Assembly: GCA_032718475.1 (NCBI GenBank)
Contig: JAUCBJ010009105.1
Coordinates: 38,081-102,080, forward strand
DNA: 64,000 nt
Origin: Nemertoderma westbladi
Lineage: Eukaryota; Animalia; Xenacoelomorpha
Direction of reading: 5' to 3'
Shown: one piece after another, positions 15,001-23,725 of the stretch
Layout: each line of letters starts with the position of its first letter
How positions within the stretch are numbered: position 1 is the stretch's first letter
Position numbers and translations under genes: made by a program
Notes under the pieces: generated by a model
Told to the model about the DNA's origin: nothing
Databases searched by the model: none
Seen by the model: the letters and a program-made list of their open reading frames with translations, nothing else

Positions 15001-18000
15001 ACGCACCTGTGATTGTTTCATCCTGAGGACGCTAATCTGTTCCTGAATTCTCTGGTGTTTAGTGTTCGTTACGCACCTGTGATTGTTTCATCCTGAGGAC
15101 GCTAATCTGTTCCTGAATTCTCTGGTGTTTAGTGTTCGTTACGCACCTGTGATTGTTTCATCCTGAGGACGCTAATCTGTTCCTGAATTCTCTGGTGTTT
15201 AGTGTTCGTTACGCACCTGTGATTGTTTCACCCTGAGGACGCTAATCTGTTCCTGAATTCTCTGGTGTTTAGTGTTCGTTACGCACCTGTGATTGTTTCA
15301 TCCTGAGGACGCTAATCTGTTCCTGAATTCTCTGGTGTTTAGTGTTCGTTACGCACCTGTGATTGTTTCATCCTGAGGACGCTAATCTGTTCCTGAATTC
15401 TCTGGTGTTTAGTGTTCGTTACGCACCTGTGATTGTTTCATCCTGAGGACGCTAATCTGTTCCTGAATTCTCTGGTGTTTAGTGTTCGTTACGCATCTGT
15501 GATTGTTTCATCCTGAGGACGCTAATCTGTTACTGAATTCTCTGGTGTTTAGTGTTCGTTACGCACCTGTGATTGTTTCATCCTGAGGACGCTAATCTGT
15601 TCCTGAATTCTCTGGTGTTTAGTGTTCGTTACGAACCTGTGATTGTTTCATCCTGAGGACGCTAATCTGTTCCTGAATTCTCTGGTGTTTAGTGTTCGTT
15701 ACGAATCTGTGATTGTTTCATCCTGAGGACGCTAATCTGTTCCTGAATTCTCTGGTGTTTAGTGTTCGTTACGCATCTGTGATTGTTTCATCCTGAGGAC
15801 GCTAATCTGTTCCTGAATTCTCTGGTGTTTAGTGTTCGTTACGCACCTGTGATTGTTTCATCCTGAGGACGCTAATCTGTTCCTGAATTCTCTGGTGTTT
15901 AGTGTTCGTTACGCATCTGTGATTGTTTCATCCTGAGGACGCTAATCTGTTCCTGAATTCTCTGGTGTTTAGTGTTCGTTACGCACCTGTGATTGTTTCA
16001 TCCTGAGGACGCTAATCTGTTCCTGAATTCTCTGGTGTTTAGTGTTCGTTACGCACCTGTGATTGTTTCATCCTGAGGACGCTAATCTGTTCCTGAATTC
16101 TCTAGTGTTTAGTGTTCGTTACGCACCTGTGATTGTTTCATCCTGAGGACGCTAATCTGTTCCTGAATTCTCTGGTGTTTAGTGTTCGTTACGCACCTGT
16201 GATTGTTTCATCCTGAGGACGCTAATCTGTTCCTGAATTCTCTGGTGTTTAGTGTTCGTTACGCATCTGTGATTGTTTCATCCTGAGGACGCTAATCTGT
16301 TCTTGAATTCTCTGGTGTTTAGTGTTCGTTACGCACCTGTGATTGTTTCATCCTGAGGACGCTAATCTGTTCCTGAATTCTCTGGTGTTTAGTGTTCGTT
16401 ACGCATCTGTGATTGTTTCATCCTGAGGACGCTCATCTGTTCCTGAATTCTCTGGTGTTTAGTGTTCGTTACGAACCTGTGATTGTTTCATCCTTAGGAC
16501 GCTAATCTGTTCCTGAATTCTCTGGTGTTTAGTGTTCGTTGCGCACCTGTGATTGTTTCACCCTGAGGACGCTAATATGTTCCTGAATTCTCTGGTGTTT
16601 AGTGTTCGTTACGCACCTGTGATTGTTTCATCCTGAGGACGCTAATCTGTTCCTGAATTCTCTGGTGTTTAGTGTTCGTTACGCACCAGTGATTGTTTCA
16701 TCCTGAGGACGCTAATCTGTTCCTGAATTCTCTGGTGTTTAGTGTTCGTTACGCACCTGTGATTGTTTCACCCTGAGGACGCTAATCTGTTCCTGAATTC
16801 TCTGGTGTTTAGTGTTCGTTACGCACCAGTGATTGTTTCATCCTGAGGACGCTAATCTGTTCCTGAATTCTCTGGTGTTTAGTGTTCGTTACGCACCTGT
16901 GATTGTTTCATCCTGAGGACGCTAATCTGTTCCTGAATTCTCTGGTGTTTAGTGTTCGTTACGCACCTGTGATTGTTTCATCCTGAGGACGCTAATCTGT
17001 TCCTGAATTCTCTGGTGTTTAGTGTTCGTTACGCACCAGTGATTGTTTCATCCTGAGGACGCTAATCTGTTCCTGAATTCTCTGGTGTTTAGTGTTCGTT
17101 ACGCACCAGTGATTGTTTCATCCTGAGGACGCTAATCTGTTCCTGAATTCTCTGGTGTTTAGTGTTCGTTACGCACCTGTGATTGTTTCATCCTGAGGAC
17201 GCTAATCTGTTCCTGAATTCTCTGGTGTTTAGTGTTCGTTACGCACCTGTGATTGTTTCATCCTGAGGACGCTAATCTGTTCCTGAATTCTCTGGTGTTT
17301 AGTGTTCGTTACGCACCAGTGATTGTTTCATCCTGAGGACGCTAATCTGTTCCTGAATTCTCTGGTGTTTAGTGTTCGTTACGCACCTGTGATTGTTTCA
17401 TCCTGAGGACGCTAATCTGTTCCTGAATTCTCTGGTGTTTAGTGTTCGTTACGCACCTGTGATTGTTTCATCCTGAGGACGCTAATCTGTTCCTGAATTC
17501 TCTGGTGTTTAGTGTTCGTTACGCACCAGTGATTGTTTCATCCTGAGGACGCTAATCTGTTCCTGAATTCTCTGGTGTTTAGTGTTCGTTACGCACCTGT
17601 GATTGTTTCATCCTGAGGACGCTAATCTGTTCCTGAATTCTCTGGTGTTTAGTGTTCGTTACGCACCTGTGATTGTTTCATCCTGAGGACGCTAATCTGT
17701 TCCTGAATTCTCTGGTGTTTAGTGTTCGTTACGCACCTGTGATTGTTTCATCCTGAGGACGCTAATCTGTTCCTGAATTCTCTGGTGTTTAGTGTTCGTT
17801 ACGCACCTGTGATTGTTTCATCCTGAGGACGCTAATCTGTTCCTGAATTCTCTGGTGTTTAGTGTTCGTTACGCACCTGTGATTGTTTCATCCTGAGGAC
17901 GCTAATCTGTTCCTGAATTCTCTGGTGTTTAGTGTTCGTTACGCACCTGTGATTGTTTCATCCTGAGGACGCTAATCTGTTCCTGAATTCTCTGGTGTTT

Positions 18001-19394
18001 AGTGTTCGTTACGCACCTGTGATTGTTTCATCCTGAGGACGCTAATCTGTTCCTGAATTCTCTGGTGTTTAGTGTTCGTTACGCACCTGTGATTGTTTCA
18101 TCCTGAGGACGCTAATCTGTTCCTGAATTCTCTGGTGTTTAGTGTTCGTTACGCACCTGTGATTGTTTCATCCTGAGGACGCTAATCTGTTCCTGAATTC
18201 TCTGGTGTTTAGTGTTCGTTACGCACCTGTGATTGTTTCATCCTGAGGACGCTAATCTGTTCCTGAATTCTCTGGTGTTTAGTGTTCGTTACGCACCTGT
18301 GATTGTTTCATCCTGAGGACGCTAATCTGTTCCTGAATTCTCTGGTGTTTAGTGTTCGTTACGCACCTGTGATTGTTTCATCCTGAGGACGCTAATCTGT
18401 TCCTGAATTCTCTGGTGTTTAGTGTTCGTTACGCACCTGTGATTGTTTCATCCTGAGGACGCTAATCTGTTCCTGAATTCTCTGGTGTTTAGTGTTCGTT
18501 ACGCACCTGTGATTGTTTCATCCTGAGGACGCTAATCTGTTCCTGAATTCTCTGGTGTTTAGTGTTCGTTACGCACCTGTGATTGTTTCATCCTGAGGAC
18601 GCTAATCTGTTCCTGAATTCTCTGGTGTTTAGTGTTCGTTACGCACCTGTGATTGTTTCATCCTGAGGACGCTAATCTGTTCCTGAATTCTCTGGTGTTT
18701 AGTGTTCGTTACGCACCTGTGATTGTTTCATCCTGAGGACGCTAATCTGTTCCTGAATTCTCTGGTGTTTAGTGTTCGTTACGCACCTGTGATTGTTTCA
18801 TCCTGAGGACGCTAATCTGTTCCTGAATTCTCTGGTGTTTAGTGTTCGTTACGCACCTGTGATTGTTTCATCCTGAGGACGCTAATCTGTTCCTGAATTC
18901 TCTGGTGTTTAGTGTTCGTTACGCACCTGTGATTGTTTCATCCTGAGGACGCTAATCTGTTCCTGAATTCTCTGGTGTTTAGTGTTCGTTACGCACCTGT
19001 GATTGTTTCATCCTGAGGACGCTAATCTGTTCCTGAATTCTCTGGTGTTTAGTGTTCGTTACGCACCTGTGATTGTTTCATCCTGAGGACGCTAATCTGT
19101 TCCTGAATTCTCTGGTGTTTAGTGTTCGTTACGCACCTGTGATTGTTTCATCCTGAGGACGCTAATCTGTTCCTGAATTCTCTGGTGTTTAGTGTTCGTT
19201 ACGCACCTGTGATTGTTTCATCCTGAGGACGCTAATCTGTTCCTGAATTCTCTGGTGTTTAGTGTTCGTTACGCACCTGTGATTGTTTCATCCTGAGGAC
19301 GCTAATCTGTTCCTGAATTCTCTGGTGTTTAGTGTTCGTTACGCACCTGTGATTGTTTCATCCTGAGGACGCTAATCTGTTCCTGAATTCTCTG
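1..19394. repeat. 70-bp tandem satellite derived from an exon/intron junction (about 275 copies visible; N-gap 4479-4578; continues off the left edge)
   Basis: The unit TGAGGACGCTAATCTGTTCCTGAATTCTCTGGTGTTTAGTGTTCGTTACGCACCTGTGATTGTTTCATCC repeats head-to-tail with no spacers and only point variants. It ends at ...GAATTCTCTG (19394), running into unique exon sequence. Confidence 0.99.
4479..4578. other. Assembly gap (100 N)
   Basis: Run of 100 n inside the satellite, so true array length is unknown. Confidence 0.99.
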
Positions 19395-19463
19395 TAACTT
19401 TCGCATTTGCATTTCTATTTCCTTGACACTTTTCTCGTCTTTACCTTTCAATTCTTCGAAATT
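19347..19463 (-). CDS. CCDC65: Internal coding exon (117 bp, phase 0/0) of dynein regulatory complex subunit 2 (CCDC65/DRC2)-like gene
   Basis: Minus strand has acceptor ttattttttctag|AAT and donor CAG|gtgcgt. It translates to NFEELKGKDEKSVKEIEMQMRKLQRIQEQISVLRMKQSQ, which matches the CCDC65 segment I recall ([26 protein letters not shown]). Identification is from memory. No other exons were found in the window. Confidence 0.82.
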
Positions 19464-19753
19464 CTAGAAAAAATAACACAAATATTTGCATTTGTATAAA
19501 AAACAACAACAAACTACGTATAGAAATTAATCAACAAAATAATTGAATATTAAGGAAACATTATAGCCCGGCAGATATTGCATTATACTATTGTATATAG
19601 TGAACGTTTGAACTAATTCGGGTTGGTAATGTTATTGGTAAATATTGGTATATATTGGTAAATGGTAAATAATCAGACTGATGTCCAACTGGAATCATTG
19701 ATGATTTTCCTAAAAGTTACCAAATTCTACACCGAATCGATCCCCTGGGGTTG

Positions 19754-20284
19754 TGTTCCAGTGTGACGGGATCTACGGATCCCGGTTTATCCGTTGGGTT
19801 TTCTATCCACGCGTCCCCGCCGTGTGTGAAAGGTAAAAGAGTTCTGGTGTTCGGTTATATGTATAAGGTATAATAGTCTGATATATAGATATAGATATAG
19901 TATGACACAACAGGTAATATAAGTATGATGGCGGTAGCGGACGGTGACAGAAGTCCCCGTTCCACCCTACTGATCTGACTGAGTAAACTGAATGAATGAT
20001 TACAGGTTACTGGTTATATTGCACGGTGGCCTTATTGCTACTCAATCGATGCCTTTCCCCCCTCTGATTGGTTGATACCCCTGTTGGCACCCTTTGGAGT
20101 GTTTCCCTTCACTCCCTGTGTTCTCTCTCGGTTAGGGGTTTGGCCCCTGACCCCTATTGTGTGTGCCTCCTTCCCACTCTTATTGGGATGGCACGAGTTG
20201 GTTAATTGCCCAATCTCGTGGCTCCCAATATTGCTTATCGGCTTACAACTTTATGGGGTGTTGGCGGGATTGAATAAGCTAACA
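19754..20284 (-). repeat. Putative 3' LTR (~530 bp)
   Basis: TGTT...AACA termini next to the PPT. The left end is uncertain (an alternative TG end is at 19762). No second LTR is in the window to confirm it. Confidence 0.5.
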
Positions 20285-20689
20285 CTCCCCCCCATGCTAT
20301 CTTCCCGGTAAGAAGATAGCATCAACCAAAAAGTGCGTTACAATCCCGCTGGATCCCGATCTATTATCGGGTGTGGGGTGGGTCTATTTTTTCGGAGTCG
20401 GCTTTCCAGGCCGCTCCCTATGGGTATGATGTCACTACCCTCTGGCGTCTCGTGTCGGGCCGATCGTGCGCTTCTCTCACACAATTTTTGTTTCCCCAAC
20501 ACTCTCACCACTCTGCTCCAACTCTCGCATACCCCCGGACCTCCTCGTCCCACACTCTTCCTCTCACTTCTCCTTCCCCACACTTGAATTGCGCCCACGC
20601 TCTCTTCGCACTCCGCACTATCACCTCTCCACTCTCTCGTCACTCCCTAAGGCTTTATTCTCTAATGCTACCCCTGTGCTATCATACTA

Positions 20690-22303
20690 TCTACCTACTG
20701 CTTACTAACTCTAACTATCTAACTAACTCTGCTAACTACTAACTCTTACTACTTCTAGCTCTAACTGAGAGCCCCTAACTTTCTACTGACTCTAACTCTC
20801 TACTAAGTCTAACTAACTCCTACTTCTACTAACTCTACTTGACCCCTCTGAGTCTACCAACTCTGCTAACTAGCTCTACTAACTCTATTCCACTAGCTCT
20901 GCTAACTCTACTCCACTAGCTCTGCTAACTCTACTAACTAGCTCTACTAACTCTATTTCACTCTTCTAACTACGTGGCGCTTGCGGTGCCCACAACCATT
21001 CTACTATCTGGCACCCTATGTGCCCTTCTACTACTCAACTACCTCTCTAGCTCTACTACCTGGCACCCTATGTGCCCTCTCTGCTCTACTCTACTAGCTG
21101 GCACCCTATGTGCCCTCTCTACTACACTACTACCTCTCTAACTCTACTACCTGGCACCCTATGTGCCCTCTCTACTACTCTACTCTATCTCTCTAACTCT
21201 ACTACCTGGCACCCTATGTGCCCTCTCTACTACTCTACTCTATCTCTCTAACTCTACTACCTGGCACCCTATGTGCCCTCTCTACTACTCTACTCTATCT
21301 CTCTAACTCTACTACCTGGCACCCTATGTGCCGGTCTCTACCACTCTACTCTATCTCTAACTCTCTAACTCTACTACCTGGCACCCTATGTGCCCGTCTC
21401 TACCACTCCTCTACTCCCCGTTTACGTCTCATCGCCTACACGTGACGCTCTGAGTGCCGGCAGAGTGGGTACGTTAATTATGTGAACTACTACTGACTCT
21501 ACTAACTCTCTTCTAACTCTACTAACTCTTTTTGTGCCCGGCACCTCTTGTGCCCGGCACCTTCTAACTCTACTAACTCTCTACTAACTCTACTAACTCT
21601 CTACTAACTCAACTAACTCTACTACTAACTCTTACTAACTCTTTTTGTGCCCGGCACCTCTTGTGCCCGGCACCTTCTAACTCTACTAACTCTTTTTGTG
21701 CCCGGCACCTCTTGTGCCCGGCACCCACCCTAATTAACATACCCTGCTCTTACATCAAACACATCATCACGCCCGTGCCCCACTAAGTTCAGCGCATTCC
21801 CTACTAACCCTAACTACGTGGCGCTTACGGTGCCCACAACCCTCTACTGATACTACTAACACCCCTAACTAGCGGTACTACGTACCCTCTTACTACTCTA
21901 GCTCTCTCTACTAGCTAGCGGTACAGCGTACCCTCTTACTACTCTAGCTCTCTCTACTAGCTAGCGGTACAACGTACCCTCTTACTACTCCTACTCTCTA
22001 GCCGGTACTTACGTACCCTCTAACTCTTACTCTCTAACCGGTACTTACGTACCCTCTAACTCTTACTCTCTAACCGGTACTTACGTACCCTCTAACTCTA
22101 ACTCTAACTAGGTACTACGTACCTAGTAACTCTCTAACTAGGTACTACGTACCTACTAACTCTCTAACTATCGGTACTACGTACCCTCTAACTCTAACTC
22201 TAACTAGGTACTACGTACCTACTGACTCTCTAACTAACTCTAGGTACTACGTACCTACTAACTCTCTAACTCTAGGTACTACGTACCTACTAACTCTAAC
22301 TCT
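20690..22303. repeat. Strand-biased low-complexity region (CTAACT/CTCTAA/CTACT motifs, ~50-bp CTGGCACCCTATGTGCCC repeats, palindromic TAGGTACTACGTACCTA units)
   Basis: G-poor plus strand with nested short tandem motifs. The same motifs resume at 26705-27200 after the CRE insertion. Confidence 0.85.
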
Positions 22304-22492
22304 GACTCTAAAAAAGGAGTACTGATATAGACACTAACTGGCTGCCGAATAACTCTGCGTAATTGGCACTGAACTGTACTGCTGTACTGACTACTGCCTT
22401 GACAACTGTCAGACTTTGTGGCGCCAAATTATATATTTCTGATTGTGTCGCCTCTCTATTCGAGTGAACGCGTCACTGCAGCCGGCGTTTTG

Positions 22493-23725
22493 ATGGCAGC
22501 TTGTTGCGGCTGCAATGGACGGTCCGGGCGCTGCAAGAAATGTATATGCGTCAGGAATAGCTTGCGGTGCTTATCGTGTGCCCCAGGAAGAAACGGCAAT
22601 TGCGAGAACAGCCAGCACCCTTCCTCTCAACCTCTACCGGATCGCCACGAACGACCTTCGTTCTCCCAGACGTCAGTCTCACAGCCGCTTAACTCTTGCG
22701 CAGCTTTGGAAAGTCCAGCGGACGATACATTGATGGATCAGGACGAAACTATACTGGGTGGATCCCCGATCGTCCAGGATAATCCGCTAGCTGCCAGTGC
22801 GTCAGCATCATTGAACTCTCCAGTTTGGTCTCCGGGCGCAGCACGAGCGAGGGCCAGTGCCATCATATCTAGGATTCGGAGCCCCGGTACAGGGTCTGCT
22901 TTGGGGTCAGCAGTTAAAGACGTTATACTTCAGACCCCGAACTTTTCAGATCCCCGAGCAGTCCAGTCCGTTCCCTCAGCAGTCCAGTCTGGTCCCCCTT
23001 CAGTCCAGTCGGGTCCCCCTGCAGTCCAGTCGGTGCACCCAGCAGTCCAGTCGGGTCCCCCATCAGTCCAGTTGGGTCCCCCACCAGTCCAGTTGGGTCC
23101 CCCATCAGTCCAGTCGGTGCGCCCAGCAGTCCAGTCGGGTCTCCCATCAGTCCAGTCGGGTCCCCCATATGTCCAGTCCAGTCGGGTCGCCCAGCAGTCC
23201 CAGTCGGGTCCCCCAGCAGATCAGTTGGGTCCCCCATCAGACCAGTCGGGTCCCTCGGGAGTCCAGTCGGGTCCCCCAGCAGTCCAGTCGGGTCCCCCTT
23301 CAGACCAGTCAGGTCCCTCGGGAGTCCAGTCGGGTCCCCCAGCAGTCCAGTCGGGTCCCCCATCAGTCCAGTCGGGTCCCCCATCAGACCAGTCGGGTCC
23401 CTCAGGAGTCCAGTCGGGTCCCCCAGCAGTCCAGTCGGGTCCCCCTTCAGTCCAGTCAGGTCCCCCATCAGACCAGTCGGGTCCCTCAGGAGTCCAGTCG
23501 GGTCCCCCAGCAGTCCAGTCGGGTCCCCCTTCAGACCAGTCGGGTCCCCCTTCAGTCCGGTCGGGTCCCCCAGCAATCCAGCCGGGTCCCCCACCAGTCC
23601 AGTTGGCACCTCGGCATCTATCGGTCGACCTCTGCCATCCTCCCTGTCCAGTGTTGTACTCACTTCAACAAGTCGAGTCGACTCCGCAGTATGGTTCAAT
23701 GAATCCTTGCCCAGGCACCAAATAA
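22493..23725 (+). CDS. CRE element ORF1/N-terminal part: Cys-rich CXC-like zinc cluster followed by 7-aa (AVQSGPP) repeats
   Basis: ATG at 22493, then CCGCNGRSGRCKKCICVRNSLRCLSCAPGRNGNCEN, then a 21-bp tandem repeat. It overlaps the RT ORF in a different frame. Confidence 0.6.
   Translation: MAACCGCNGRSGRCKKCICVRNSLRCLSCAPGRNGNCENSQHPSSQPLPDRHERPSFSQTSVSQPLNSCAALESPADDTLMDQDETILGGSPIVQDNPLAASASASLNSPVWSPGAARARASAIISRIRSPGTGSALGSAVKDVILQTPNFSDPRAVQSVPSAVQSGPPSVQSGPPAVQSVHPAVQSGPPSVQLGPPPVQLGPPSVQSVRPAVQSGLPSVQSGPPYVQSSRVAQQSQSGPPADQLGPPSDQSGPSGVQSGPPAVQSGPPSDQSGPSGVQSGPPAVQSGPPSVQSGPPSDQSGPSGVQSGPPAVQSGPPSVQSGPPSDQSGPSGVQSGPPAVQSGPPSDQSGPPSVRSGPPAIQPGPPPVQLAPRHLSVDLCHPPCPVLYSLQQVESTPQYGSMNPCPGTK
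22958..23605. repeat. 21-bp minisatellite (GCAGTCCAGTCGGGTCCCCCA-like, ~30 copies) inside the CRE element
   Basis: Directly visible, and stop-free in all three plus-strand frames. Confidence 0.95.

Noticed and set aside
1-19394. CRISPR array
   Set aside because: Units are contiguous with no unique spacers, there are no cas genes, and the context is eukaryotic.
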